This document shows positions 36,279 through 46,825 of a stretch of DNA of 64,000 bases, piece by piece (the stretch's first letter is position 1; each line of letters starts with the position of its first letter). The DNA is taken from IMG/VR virus record IMGVR_UViG_3300050343_000214, positions 32,001-96,000 of that record. One strand, 5' to 3'. The stretch is from a virus. A program made the position numbers and the translations under genes. The notes beneath the pieces are model-generated. The model worked only from the letters and a program-made list of their open reading frames with translations, had not been told where the DNA came from and did no database searches.

Positions 36279-37261
36279 ATTATATCCTTTACGTCTTTAA
36301 ATACTTGATTCCACCTATCAATAAACAAATTCTCAGAAAACATATTGATAATTGTTTTTCTAGCTTCTTCACCTAATTTGCGCGCTTGATCTGGATTGTC
36401 TAATAGTGTTCTTATATATCCTTTCAATTCTTCAGCGTCGTTAGATACGAATCCATTAACCCCATTTTTAATTACTTCCGGTATCATACATGTCGCAGAA
36501 GACACTACTGCACAACCGCAAGACATTGCTTCTAAGAGAGACATTGGTATTGGGCTATCGTTGGTTGTGTTCAAATACACAGAGTGCTTGTTATACTCAT
36601 CTACTAATTCTTCTGTAGATTTAGCTGCTGTAGAAAGTCCCTCAGTGTCTCCCTTTAACGTAGTCTCAAATTCTTTGGTAATTTCTTTCCATAGAGTAAA
36701 ATTTAAGCAGTAATCTCTGTTTATAAAATCATTTGCTATAGTCAAAACCTCATTAACTCTTTTTTCTTTTCTGTCGCAGAATGTTATAGAATCAATTCCG
36801 TGATTGATTACTATTGAGGGATGTGGTGAATTCCAAGCTTTCTTTGATGTTTCAGATATATAGACATTAATATTCCCAACCATATTATTAATTTGTTGTA
36901 TGTGTTGTTTATTAAAGTTGGAGGTTGGCATGATATGATCCGATACTACGATAGGCAGACCCAGCCTGTCGTTAATCTTAAGCGCTATATTATACTGACT
37001 GATTTTACTATGCACTAGTATCAAATCAAAATCTATGTAACTTGGGAAATTATTAGAATTTACTATATTATAATTTTCTGGAACTACTGTTTGCTCACTG
37101 TTCCAAGTTTTACCGCCTGAAACTTCTAATGAATAAAAGTTATGTCCAGTTTTGCACAGCTGAGTTTCATATCTCTCATGAGTCGGAAACGTTAGTATGT
37201 TTAATGGTTTTGTTTCGTCGTTACACTGATGTATAATTTTTCTGACTTTACTTATGCTCAT
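36275..37261 (-). CDS. Glycosyltransferase, family GT4
   Basis: INHGID; PMSLLEAMSCGCAVV...PEVIKNGVNG. Confidence 0.9.
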   Translation of the reverse strand: MSISKVRKIIHQCNDETKPLNILTFPTHERYETQLCKTGHNFYSLEVSGGKTWNSEQTVVPENYNIVNSNNFPSYIDFDLILVHSKISQYNIALKINDRLGLPIVVSDHIMPTSNFNKQHIQQINNMVGNINVYISETSKKAWNSPHPSIVINHGIDSITFCDRKEKRVNEVLTIANDFINRDYCLNFTLWKEITKEFETTLKGDTEGLSTAAKSTEELVDEYNKHSVYLNTTNDSPIPMSLLEAMSCGCAVVSSATCMIPEVIKNGVNGFVSNDAEELKGYIRTLLDNPDQARKLGEEARKTIINMFSENLFIDRWNQVFKDVKDII

Positions 37262-38374
37262 TTTAGCAATAACTCCTTCATCTTAGCGCCTACCGTTTTG
37301 TGGCTAAAATTTTGCCCCCTCTTCAGTCCTTCGACCTTGGCTTTTAAGGGGTGTGTATAGTAAGACCTCATAGCATCTATGGCTTGCCGTTCACTTGGTA
37401 CAGCCCAAGATTCCTTGCCCGTGTATATGTTACTTAACGCCGCCCCTCTATTGTTGCACGGTACAAAAACAACATCTATCAAAGTTCCAGTATCTTTGTT
37501 GTATGGGTCTATAAACTCTTTAGGGCCAGCAAAGTTGGTACATATAGGGTGATTGCCCATACACATCGCATCAAAAGCTGGTATAGACCAAGCCTCTCCG
37601 TGAGATAGGCCAACAAAACAATCGCATGTTTTATGCAAAGATAGTATCTCTTTGTCATCCAGATGATCTGCTACAATAATAACTTTGGCGTACAATGAAT
37701 CGTCGCTATATATATTTAGTTTGTTTTTTACATCATCTGCTATTTGCTTAATTTCTTTGTAGACGTATTCTTTATCCTGACTTATAGACCCTACTTTTAA
37801 GACTAAGCAAACATTTTCATTATTAGTGAATGCGCTATAATAAGCTCTCAGTGTGCCTTCTATATTCTTGCGAGTAGTCAAATCGGCAATCGTGTAAAAT
37901 TTGTAAGTCCCACTTATGTTATGGGCAGAAAAATCAAAATCCTTAATATCAGATTGGTAAGAATCAATATCAAAAGCGTGTGGTATAACATTTACATTAT
38001 TTAGGCCACACTTGTTTAATTCTAACAGGTTGTCTTGACATGGAACCCATACGTCAGACATGAGTTGATAGTTTGAAATCCAAGGATGGCACTGTAGGTC
38101 TTTAGTTTCTAAAACCGTATAGCCAATATTTTTTCTTGAATTTGCTTGTGCCAATATACATGATGGGAAGTATGTGCTGTATGCAATAGTCCACACCTTT
38201 TGTGTCGCCAGTTTCTAAATATTGCAATCGTTCTGGCACATCTGACTTTCTTGAGATTGCTATATTTCTGCAAACGACATCCACGCCCACGCTATCTAAA
38301 GCTAATATCAAATCCTGAGCTGCTTTAGCCCACCCTGTACCTTCTCTATAGTGACCTAAATATAACACTTTCAT
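37258..38374 (-). CDS. Glycosyltransferase, family GT4 (indel at ~38160)
   Basis: GTGWAKAA N-terminus; RKNIEG; CDCFVGLSHGEAWSIPAFDAM. Confidence 0.85.
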
Positions 38375-40026
38375 AGTTTAAATTTTTCCCGTCTAACTTG
38401 TTCCCAGATATTGATGATTTTTCTTTTCTCTTTACATTCTTCATACGCGCTTTCAATCGTAACTTTATTGTGTTCTATTTTTCGCCCCATAGAGACTGCT
38501 GAATCATCTTCGTTAAAATAAGACCCAATAATCTGTGATGTTTGATAGCCATAGTTTAAACTCTCTAGTAAATCTGCATAGAAAAAAGAATTTATTTTTT
38601 CAGGCTGATGCAAGACTTCTGCTACAAGCCACTTGGCAATAACATCTAAGGGCTGTTGTTTTATTTCTTCTTGGAATTCTAATGGTTTTTTAATATCTGG
38701 GGCAGAAAACCATGTTTCTTGTTCTGGAATAATTTCTAAACTATCAAAAGCTTCTTCCCATTTTGCTCCACTTTTTTCCCACGTAAACTCTTTTAAGAAA
38801 TTATTACGAATGTCTTTAGATGCTTTCTCTCGTTCGCTTGTTGTTTTATTAAAAAATTCTAAAAATATTTGACATGCATGTTCGTTGTCTGGAACAGCTC
38901 TTTCGCAACCCGTTTCCATTTCTTTGTATAGAGCTTTAGGATTGATTGCAAATCCATCAAGTTGTTTAATAACAGATTCCATTGCTGAGTATTTTATGGA
39001 CGCAACGGGAACGCCACATGCGGCAGCTTCTACTTGCGGCAGTCCAAATCCTTCTGAATTAGCGTATTGTACGTACAGGTCAAACATATTCATAATCTCA
39101 GACAATTCTTCGTAACCTAAACCTTGTTTAACGCTAGCCATACGCGCATTGTATTTACCAGTATACGGAGAAGTTGTAGTGGAGCCTTTAAAGGTGGAGA
39201 CAAAAGGCTTGAACGTATCGGCGCAAACGTATGTGAACAATACTTTAGAAATAATATTGTTTTCATGCAAAAGCTCTGGTATATTCCATCCAGCGTCTGG
39301 AAAACATGTGTGACAATATAGCATATGTTTTTCTGGATCTTCTACAGATTCAAGAAATTTACTATATGCTTTAAACAAGTCTGGATATAGCTTCCTTCTT
39401 TGATTCCTCATTACAGTGCCAATTATTTTTGTGTTTTTATCTATACCATATTTAACCTTTAGCTCTTCTTTATTTTTTGGTTTATATTCTGGGTGCGCAG
39501 AAGGAGGTGCGCTTCCTATGTAGTTTATCTTCCCTCCAGATTGTTCGTTGAGTACATCACCCGACCAATCAGAGTAACTTAGGCACACATCTGTTCTAGA
39601 AAATGTGTCTATCCATTCCCTAGCTTGAGGATATGCGTCTACCGTGGGCATTAAAACCCATTTAAAGAATTTCCTGTATGGAGATTTGTCTATAAAATCA
39701 ATCATCCAAAAGTCTCTAATATCACAAACTATGTCGGGCTTGAAATTTAGACATGTGTTTTCAAAAGCAAATCCACCAAACTGAGCCGTAGCGTTAGCCT
39801 TATACTTATTTATTCTTTCTTGATCATTAGTATTTGGAATTACACCGTAATACTTCCAAGGCGTTTCTGTTGCCCGTGGGTCATCGTTAGTACCATAAGC
39901 GCCTAATTCAGCTATTTCGTATTTACCTGTGCCATGAAGATATCTCAATATTTCTCTGGAGTATGTTGCATACCCCGTATGTAAGAAAGTTGATTCTGTG
40001 CAAAATAATATACGTTTTTTTCTCAT
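38371..40026 (-). CDS. Glycosyltransferase, family GT4 (large)
   Basis: TGYATY; RNQRRK; YVQYANSEGFGLPQVEAAACGVP (EX7E motif). Confidence 0.9.
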   Translation of the reverse strand: MRKKRILFCTESTFLHTGYATYSREILRYLHGTGKYEIAELGAYGTNDDPRATETPWKYYGVIPNTNDQERINKYKANATAQFGGFAFENTCLNFKPDIVCDIRDFWMIDFIDKSPYRKFFKWVLMPTVDAYPQAREWIDTFSRTDVCLSYSDWSGDVLNEQSGGKINYIGSAPPSAHPEYKPKNKEELKVKYGIDKNTKIIGTVMRNQRRKLYPDLFKAYSKFLESVEDPEKHMLYCHTCFPDAGWNIPELLHENNIISKVLFTYVCADTFKPFVSTFKGSTTTSPYTGKYNARMASVKQGLGYEELSEIMNMFDLYVQYANSEGFGLPQVEAAACGVPVASIKYSAMESVIKQLDGFAINPKALYKEMETGCERAVPDNEHACQIFLEFFNKTTSEREKASKDIRNNFLKEFTWEKSGAKWEEAFDSLEIIPEQETWFSAPDIKKPLEFQEEIKQQPLDVIAKWLVAEVLHQPEKINSFFYADLLESLNYGYQTSQIIGSYFNEDDSAVSMGRKIEHNKVTIESAYEECKEKRKIINIWEQVRREKFKL

Positions 40027-40343
40027 CAATAATCTGCCTCTTCTTCTCCACAAATATCAAATTCGTTTACTCTAAAAACGATCTCTTCCGTGTCTCTATT
40101 TTCATGTTTAGCTGATGATTGTATAGTAATTTTCGTACCCTTGGTAGCCAGCCGCTCAATGATTTCAGCTCCAGTATGCCAAGCCTCGCAGTTAAGATAT
40201 GTTGGTATACGAGCTTTTTCCCCGGTACTCTTTGTTTTGCGATAACTATAGACAACGATAGTAAATTCTGCCTTTACAACGTTGCCCACAACAAATGTGT
40301 GGGGTTTGTCTACAAGATACCCAGTAAAACAACAATTGTTCAT
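40026..40343 (-). CDS. ssb: Single-stranded DNA-binding protein
   Basis: MNNCCFTGYLVDKP...YLNCEAW...KG OB-fold pattern; acidic tail. Confidence 0.8.
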   Translation of the reverse strand: MNNCCFTGYLVDKPHTFVVGNVVKAEFTIVVYSYRKTKSTGEKARIPTYLNCEAWHTGAEIIERLATKGTKITIQSSAKHENRDTEEIVFRVNEFDICGEEEADY

Positions 40344-40361
40344 TTTGTCTCCTATCTTAGT

Positions 40362-40390
40362 ATATTAGCTTGTACTTTTAAAAAATACAA
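40362..40390 (-). promoter_or_regulatory. Putative sigma70-type promoter for the ssb-GT4 operon
   Basis: TTGTAT-N17-TAATAT on the - strand, followed by an AGGAG RBS. Confidence 0.4.
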
Positions 40391-40392
40391 CT

Positions 40393-41952
40393 TTATGTTT
40401 CAAAAATTTTATTTACAATAAACGATGTGTCATTCTTATTAACTTGTCCGCAAAATACAAGATTGTTACCCTCGTATAATATATATTTGTATTTATTCTT
40501 AACTTTGGGGAATATTATTACACTGTCTAGGATAGATGTATCATCTTCTATTGTTAGAAATGCCATCATTTCCCCTTTAGAATTGCCCTTTGTAATCTTG
40601 TATTCAGATAGTCTTTGTATGTTTGCCACAACGCATAGGTTTTTACCCTTTTTGCCATTGACTATTTCCTTGCATGTGGTGTCTGCGGCAGACTTGTCAG
40701 CTACATCAACTCTAGTTAAAGTAACGGGACAGCCTAGAAATCTAGTTTCTTGATCAATAACCCAGCCCGGATCGTCATCTAGGCTATACGGTGGGTCAAT
40801 AAGAAGTTGAATTTCATTTTCTATTACTTGTTGTCTGCTTACCCTAGATGTACCCCCGCCATTTTTTTTGGTGGGCGCTAGAGATTTCAATGCTTCTAAG
40901 AGACTATCCCAAGACTTATTTTTATAGTTTGTGTCCATCCACGAAACTTCGCCTTTAGTTAGAACTCGAAAGATCTCATAGTCATACAGGGCTTGATTCC
41001 TCGAAACTTTAGACCCAAAGTCTCTAAAAAATCCTATTGATGCCAAAGCCTTGAAAGATGTTGAGCTAATTTTTGTGCTAAATTTGAGCAGTATCTCCAA
41101 CCAATCAAACTTCTGTATCTTCTTACCAGATTCTTTTTCACACTGCTTGACTGCTTGAAATACTTTATCTCCACTTACGCCTGATAAGGATTTAACATTT
41201 TTAATACCAAAATATATCTTATTTCTCTTACTATTAAAGTCTAAGTCAAAATTTGCAAGGCTAGGAGTTCTTGTTTCAATATCAAACAACTTTGCTTCTG
41301 ATACTAATTCGTATACTTCTTGTTGAGGATCTTGTTTTTCATTGGCGTAAAATAGGTATGCTAGAAAAAATTCATTAGTATTATGGGCTTTTTGGTATGC
41401 GCTCCAGTAGGAACACACTGCGTAAGATACGCTGTGAGATTTATTAAATGCATATCGAGCAGAGGCTTGAATCCAACCAAAGATTTCTTCTGCCTCTTCT
41501 TTGTTGACCATTCCTACTTTCTTAGCTCCCTTAATAAACATTGTTTTTACTTTAGCCATTAAGTCAGCTTTCTTTTTACCAATAGCCTTGCGTAGCCCGT
41601 CTGCTTCTTCTAGATTAAATCCAGCAATCTTTTGCGCAATACGCATAGATTGCTCTTGATATACTAACACTCCGTATGTAGGCAAAAGAATTTCTTCTAG
41701 TGATTCATGTAGATATGTAACCTCTTCACGACCGTGCTTACGGTCAATGAAGTGTTGTGTCATAGATTTTCCATCTACGTATGCCTTTAAACATCCGGGC
41801 CTAATGATAGCGATTAGGGCAGATAGTTCTTCGATATTGTTAGGGGCTAACTTTTTCGACCAAGACTTACCCAGATTACTTTCTAATTGAAAGACACCCT
41901 TTGTTTTGCCTTCTGCAAACAGTTCCCAAGTTAGTTTATCGTCGTAATTCAT
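40393..41952 (-). CDS. dnaE: DNA polymerase III alpha, C-terminal half
   Basis: GVFQLES, IRPG, TYGVLVYQEQ, LRKAIGKK, YAFNKSH, C-terminal OB fold (MAFLTIED). Confidence 0.95.
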   Translation of the reverse strand: MNYDDKLTWELFAEGKTKGVFQLESNLGKSWSKKLAPNNIEELSALIAIIRPGCLKAYVDGKSMTQHFIDRKHGREEVTYLHESLEEILLPTYGVLVYQEQSMRIAQKIAGFNLEEADGLRKAIGKKKADLMAKVKTMFIKGAKKVGMVNKEEAEEIFGWIQASARYAFNKSHSVSYAVCSYWSAYQKAHNTNEFFLAYLFYANEKQDPQQEVYELVSEAKLFDIETRTPSLANFDLDFNSKRNKIYFGIKNVKSLSGVSGDKVFQAVKQCEKESGKKIQKFDWLEILLKFSTKISSTSFKALASIGFFRDFGSKVSRNQALYDYEIFRVLTKGEVSWMDTNYKNKSWDSLLEALKSLAPTKKNGGGTSRVSRQQVIENEIQLLIDPPYSLDDDPGWVIDQETRFLGCPVTLTRVDVADKSAADTTCKEIVNGKKGKNLCVVANIQRLSEYKITKGNSKGEMMAFLTIEDDTSILDSVIIFPKVKNKYKYILYEGNNLVFCGQVNKNDTSFIVNKIFET

Positions 41953-42619
41953 ATGAAGCTTTTTTACTCTCTATAACTTTACTCAAATTTTTGTATTTTT
42001 CAACTAAGCACTTTTGTAGAGGTTGATTACTAGTGCTAATACTACAGTCGTGATAAAGGAATGATGAACTGTCACCATGATTAAATGTGTCGCGTGGAAA
42101 AACCTCGGTTATATCTCTTACTGGTTGTAGCTCTTTTAAAGTTTTTTGTATCAATACTTGATCTACTGTCGTAAAATTGTCACTGTTAGCCGTAGCTATA
42201 ATGTATTTAAAAAAATTCTTGGAGGCATAAGAGTTCTTTATTATAGCAGATCCAGCGTTGATATTCCAATATGAATTCTCAGAACAACTCTCCGCAGTAC
42301 ACCAAAGAATATCCTTATTAGACATCTTAGTGATACATCTCATATCAAATCCAAAATTACATATGGCTATATCTGTGTCCATAGCAAAGAAATAATCTAC
42401 GTCCGGTCTTTCTTCTAATAACTTTAAAAGTATTATCCACTTTGTATAGTATCCTTTAGTATGATCCCCACCGTGTTGTGCTACCATGTCGTCATTGTTA
42501 TAGACTTTATACTCAATATCAAACCTGCTAAAATAGTGCTTGTTGTGATTATAAGTTAACTTGTTGATATCGTAAAAGTTTTGATCATGATTAGAGAATG
42601 CAAGTATTTTACTTGACAT
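41936..42619 (-). CDS. Glycosyltransferase, GT34 (GMA12/MNN10)-like
   Basis: K..IL...DYFFAMDTD...INAGSAIIKN...DQ. Confidence 0.75.
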   Translation of the reverse strand: MSSKILAFSNHDQNFYDINKLTYNHNKHYFSRFDIEYKVYNNDDMVAQHGGDHTKGYYTKWIILLKLLEERPDVDYFFAMDTDIAICNFGFDMRCITKMSNKDILWCTAESCSENSYWNINAGSAIIKNSYASKNFFKYIIATANSDNFTTVDQVLIQKTLKELQPVRDITEVFPRDTFNHGDSSSFLYHDCSISTSNQPLQKCLVEKYKNLSKVIESKKASYELRR

Positions 42620-43289
42620 ACAATCCCCCGTTGGCGAATGCTTTATCTAGTTCAATTTCTTGGTAAACTGCTCGATGAGTTTTTAGTAGCTTTATAAATA
42701 TATTAGCAGTATCTTTGACATCCTGCAACGCATCGTGAGCATTTTCGGAACTTAATCCCATGCGCTCTCTCAAGCTATCCATGCTTATGGATCTAATGCT
42801 AGGATCTCCCTCTGTCCACATGTGCATATTATCCATAACGTCACACTTGTGAATTTTGCTGAACATTTTTTGCTGCTGCCTCGCGTCGTCGTAAGGTCCG
42901 TATTCTTTACATAGCCTATTAATGATAATCATATCAAAGCCAATGATGTTAAAACCTACGGGGATGGGATTAAAGAAAGGATCTTTTTTCCAATTATATT
43001 TGTCTACAAAGGTGCAAAACTTTCTCCATACTGATTTTAAGGTTGGAGCCTTTGCTAAATCATCTCTATTTTTTCCAGTAACTTTGAGCGCCCCGTCTTC
43101 GATTGGATCTAAACCTGCGGCAATAGCGGCATCGTCGCTAAGAATAGGTCTAATCTCACTGTTAAAAGTTCCCTTCATAGACAAGTTTCTACCATCCAGC
43201 GCTAAGGCAGCGATTTGAGTAGGTTGTGTTTTATGAGGGTTACGACTTCCTGTTTCAAAGTCAAATACGATATAGTCTCTGTTAGCCAT
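42609..43289 (-). CDS. DEDDh 3'-5' exonuclease (DnaQ/epsilon-like)
   Basis: VFDFETG, GFNIIGFD, HDALQD. Confidence 0.9.
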   Translation of the reverse strand: MANRDYIVFDFETGSRNPHKTQPTQIAALALDGRNLSMKGTFNSEIRPILSDDAAIAAGLDPIEDGALKVTGKNRDDLAKAPTLKSVWRKFCTFVDKYNWKKDPFFNPIPVGFNIIGFDMIIINRLCKEYGPYDDARQQQKMFSKIHKCDVMDNMHMWTEGDPSIRSISMDSLRERMGLSSENAHDALQDVKDTANIFIKLLKTHRAVYQEIELDKAFANGGLYVK

Positions 43290-43291
43290 AG

Positions 43292-43981
43292 TTAGTCCTT
43301 CTTTTCTATTCTTTTAGTAAAAAGGGAGTCGCCAGAAATTCCTTCAAACTGATATTCCCTTGCTTGTTCGTGTAATCCGTATTCATTCAAAAACTCTGCA
43401 ATCTTTTCTAAGCTCTGTTCTCCATCGTACATAATGTATTTTGTTGACCATTCAAAAACCGTAGCCTTTACTGTGGTGATTAAATTCTTACACCCTAAGA
43501 ACGCATGATATTCAGCACCTTGAATGTCCATAAAAATTGCATCTATTGATGGTATATTATATTTCTTACAGAAGCTGTATAGTGAAGTTGTTTTAACCTT
43601 TACTTCTTCGTGTATGTCATTAACCTTAAAAATACTTTTCATACCTACTCCCGGCTTCAATATAGAACCCTGTCCAGTGTTTTGTAGGTTTTTACCAATC
43701 ATGGTTTCTTCGTCTTTGATACTTTCTGTTGGAAAATATTTGTAGAAACTAATTTCCCCATCCACCGCGCTTATTGCTTTGTGGTAAACGCTGACGTTGG
43801 GATTATCCTCAAACTTGTCTTTGATGATTTGACAATTAAACGCATCAGCTTCAAATGCATAAATTTTAGCATTAGGCCAAGCGTCTAATATTTCTGGTAT
43901 ATCATACCCCCTGTGGGCGCCAACTTCAAATATATGCTTTAAGTCAGGAAAACTTTCCTTAACCCTATTAATGAACAGCAT
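43292..43981 (-). CDS. FkbM-family methyltransferase
   Basis: FEVGAHRG, YAFEAD, MDIQGAE. Confidence 0.9.
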   Translation of the reverse strand: MLFINRVKESFPDLKHIFEVGAHRGYDIPEILDAWPNAKIYAFEADAFNCQIIKDKFEDNPNVSVYHKAISAVDGEISFYKYFPTESIKDEETMIGKNLQNTGQGSILKPGVGMKSIFKVNDIHEEVKVKTTSLYSFCKKYNIPSIDAIFMDIQGAEYHAFLGCKNLITTVKATVFEWSTKYIMYDGEQSLEKIAEFLNEYGLHEQAREYQFEGISGDSLFTKRIEKKD

Positions 43982-45539
43982 TTGTCAATTCCTTTATTTT
44001 CATTAGTTTATCTAGGAGGTTAATTCCTAGAACATCAAACTTTACATGACCTAGTGCTTCTAAGTCTGTCATTTCTAAGCCTGCTATCTTTTCTATAGAA
44101 CCTTTCTGTTGTATCATTGGACATACGTTTTGCAATTTGTCTTTAGATATTACCACGCCAGCAGCGTGTTTGCCCTGTGTTTTAAATGTGCCTTCCATAT
44201 CAATAGCTTGCTGGAAGTATTGCGCGTAGTCACCATCAAGCTTTCCTTCGTCTGTGATGTTGCAAAAATCTCTTAAGTCATCTGACCTGTTAATCAAAGA
44301 CCAACGTATTATAGATCGGTCTTCGTCGTCCATGTCTGCTAGCTGATCAGATATGTCTGCTTCATTTGGTATACTCTTTGTTATAGCATTCATCTCGCTA
44401 AAAGAACAAGCCTCATTTATCCTTAAAACTTCTTTTATTGCACTACGCCCCTGCAACCTTCCAAATGTTATCATCTGGCTAACATGATCTTTACCATAAG
44501 TTAGTTTAAGATAATCAATAACTTCATCACGCTTTTTGCCCGGAACGTCCATGTCAATATCTGGCAAGGAAACATGACCACCAGTGTTTCTTCCAGCGTT
44601 GTAAAACCTCTCAAACAATAAATCGTGTTCCACTGGATTGATCTTTGTTATACCAATAAGATATGAAATAAGACATCCAGCAGCAGAGCCTCTGCCGGGA
44701 CCAGCAATACAGCCCATGTCATCTTCTACATGCCTTATTATATCCTGAACAATCAAGAAGTAGCCAAATAGATCTGCGTCTTTAATAACTTGTAATTCTT
44801 TCCTGAATCTATCTCCATATATTTTTTGGGTATCTTTATCTTCGCCAACCAGAGGTTTTACAAATTTTGTATATCCCTTTCTAGCCATCTTAGTTAAGTA
44901 GTCTTCTTGAGACAACCCTTTAGGACATACAAATTTCGGAAGCATGGGTGGATTTAAAATTTCATAGTCTTCACAGGAATCATATATATATTCCAACTCT
45001 TTTGTTACTTTGCCTTTCGTAATACACTTGTTGTCCTTAGTAAAATATTCTAGCAAATCAGCATCTAGTTCTTTATTTCTAATTTTAGTATTTACTTTTG
45101 GTAATGTAGTCTTTAATGCAGAACAAAGTAGAACTCTGTGTAAAGCAGCTTGCTTACTATTGACATAATAAGATGGCTGAATGTTATCTTTTTCAGCTTG
45201 TAGGGCAATTAAGTTATTTCTACCTACTATTTCTTTTGCTATGTCTTTTGGCATGTTGCCATTTTCATCAGTAAAAGAAACCATCTGTATAAGGTCGTGC
45301 CACCCGTCTTTATTCTTAGCATATATTGTAGTGTTATCAAAAGAACATCCAATGATAGGCTTGACTCCCACCTTCTTACACGCTTGATGAAATGACACTG
45401 CGCCAGAGATTGTCTTATAATCTGTGATGCCACACGCAGGATAATCATTGTCAGCACAAACCTTTGCAAGTTCATGCGGTTTTGAAAAGCCTTTTAGCAA
45501 ACTATAATGCGTAAAATTCTTCAATGGAAACCAGTTCAT
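43968..45539 (-). CDS. dnaE: DNA polymerase III alpha, N-terminal half (PHP + palm)
   Basis: THYSLL, GPGRGSAAG, LLFERF, PDIDMD, HAAGVVI, KFDVLG. Confidence 0.95.
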   Translation of the reverse strand: MNWFPLKNFTHYSLLKGFSKPHELAKVCADNDYPACGITDYKTISGAVSFHQACKKVGVKPIIGCSFDNTTIYAKNKDGWHDLIQMVSFTDENGNMPKDIAKEIVGRNNLIALQAEKDNIQPSYYVNSKQAALHRVLLCSALKTTLPKVNTKIRNKELDADLLEYFTKDNKCITKGKVTKELEYIYDSCEDYEILNPPMLPKFVCPKGLSQEDYLTKMARKGYTKFVKPLVGEDKDTQKIYGDRFRKELQVIKDADLFGYFLIVQDIIRHVEDDMGCIAGPGRGSAAGCLISYLIGITKINPVEHDLLFERFYNAGRNTGGHVSLPDIDMDVPGKKRDEVIDYLKLTYGKDHVSQMITFGRLQGRSAIKEVLRINEACSFSEMNAITKSIPNEADISDQLADMDDEDRSIIRWSLINRSDDLRDFCNITDEGKLDGDYAQYFQQAIDMEGTFKTQGKHAAGVVISKDKLQNVCPMIQQKGSIEKIAGLEMTDLEALGHVKFDVLGINLLDKLMKIKELTNAVH

Positions 45540-45544
45540 ATTGT

Positions 45545-46081
45545 TTATAATTTCCTTCTATCAATTACAACTATCGTCTTTTTCCATACTTAAGATCTTC
45601 TAGATAGGCATATGGTTTGTGTTCCACAATGTTATGAAATATCTTCTGTTATCCAAACGCCTTCACTAGATAGTACCATATCGCTTATAGAAATCAAATA
45701 TTTTTGCTGTTTTACAGTATGAGAGCAATCTTCAATTACTAAATCAATGTCATTCTTATAATTGTTTTCTAACCACTGTTTAAACTCTAGAGCTTCTACG
45801 TCTCCATGATACACATCGTTGAGTAATGTGCTACAAAATGTTTCTTTTGATTTTACAAATTCTTGGTAAGCTGGCTCAACATTCTCAAAACTTTTGATAT
45901 CTAATATCAGCACCTATATGAAAATTACCAATATTGTTATCAACCAAAAACTTGGTAAAACCGCAAATCATCTCAAGCACCTTTCGTACTTAGATTGCCA
46001 GAAGTTTTGGTAAAAGATTTTATAATTATGTTGATGGCAAAATTTGTCTGTATAGTCAGACGAACTGCTATAATTAATCAT
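45545..46081 (-). CDS. Sugar O-methyltransferase-like class I MTase (indels)
   Basis: Hand translation gives TDKF..HNY..FY at the start and DLVIEDCSH..QQ...GVWITEDI, like the DIIIDDGSH signature. Confidence 0.6.
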
Positions 46082-46126
46082 TTTCCTTTTGGCAAAGGTC
46101 TTTTAACTGGTTCGTTAGTAGACGGT

Positions 46127-46825
46127 CTAGGCTGTCCGGGTAATGTCAATGGGATTTTTTCTGGCTCTTTCATCTTCTAGTCCTTTTGTCAATTTGTATA
46201 GCTTGTCAATTACAATCTTTGAAGCATCGTTGTCTGACGGGTAGTGAACTCCCTGTAATATTCTAGCAAGTCCACAGTAATTAGACAACTCAAAAAATTT
46301 ATTTTTATGTTCTGGATACTGGTCGGCAAGTACATGAGCTGCTAATTCAGAATACATAGTATGACCACTAGGATACGAAGGAGTGTGATGTGTTTCCGTA
46401 AACATAACCTTAATGTCAAGATTATAATATGGCGCAAGTTGTTCTGGTCTAGCCCTATTGTGATAATACTTTAGAGCGTACATATATTGCTCTATTATGT
46501 TATAATAAGAGTTAAACTTATGTTGGGGAAAAGATAAAGCTTTAGTCTTTAAAAATTTACGGAATAGATCTAGTGGTTCTTTATCAACCGTGTACACTAA
46601 ATCAAGCTCTTGATATGTTCTTGAATTAGTTAGTCTGGATATTTGATTGAGTTCTCTTTCCGTGATGGCGCTACTGTTAGACGGCGGTGGAGGTACTATA
46701 TCCTTAATTGATATACCCAAAGTATATAACTCGTCGTGGTAATTGACTTTATTCGCCAGATAACCTATATTATCTAGATCTTGCTTTTTATCTATAATTT
46801 CTGCTACTTTATTTATTAAGCTCAT
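46127..46825 (-). CDS. PAP2/vanadium-haloperoxidase-superfamily phosphatase
   Basis: KYYHNRARP, PSYPSGH, RILQGVHYPSD. Confidence 0.85.
   Translation of the reverse strand: MSLINKVAEIIDKKQDLDNIGYLANKVNYHDELYTLGISIKDIVPPPPSNSSAITERELNQISRLTNSRTYQELDLVYTVDKEPLDLFRKFLKTKALSFPQHKFNSYYNIIEQYMYALKYYHNRARPEQLAPYYNLDIKVMFTETHHTPSYPSGHTMYSELAAHVLADQYPEHKNKFFELSNYCGLARILQGVHYPSDNDASKIVIDKLYKLTKGLEDERARKNPIDITRTA

Noticed and set aside
41953-43967. Split intein or self-splicing intron between the dnaE halves
   Set aside because: There are no intein terminal motifs, and the gap is filled by three tightly packed protein genes with no room for a ribozyme core.
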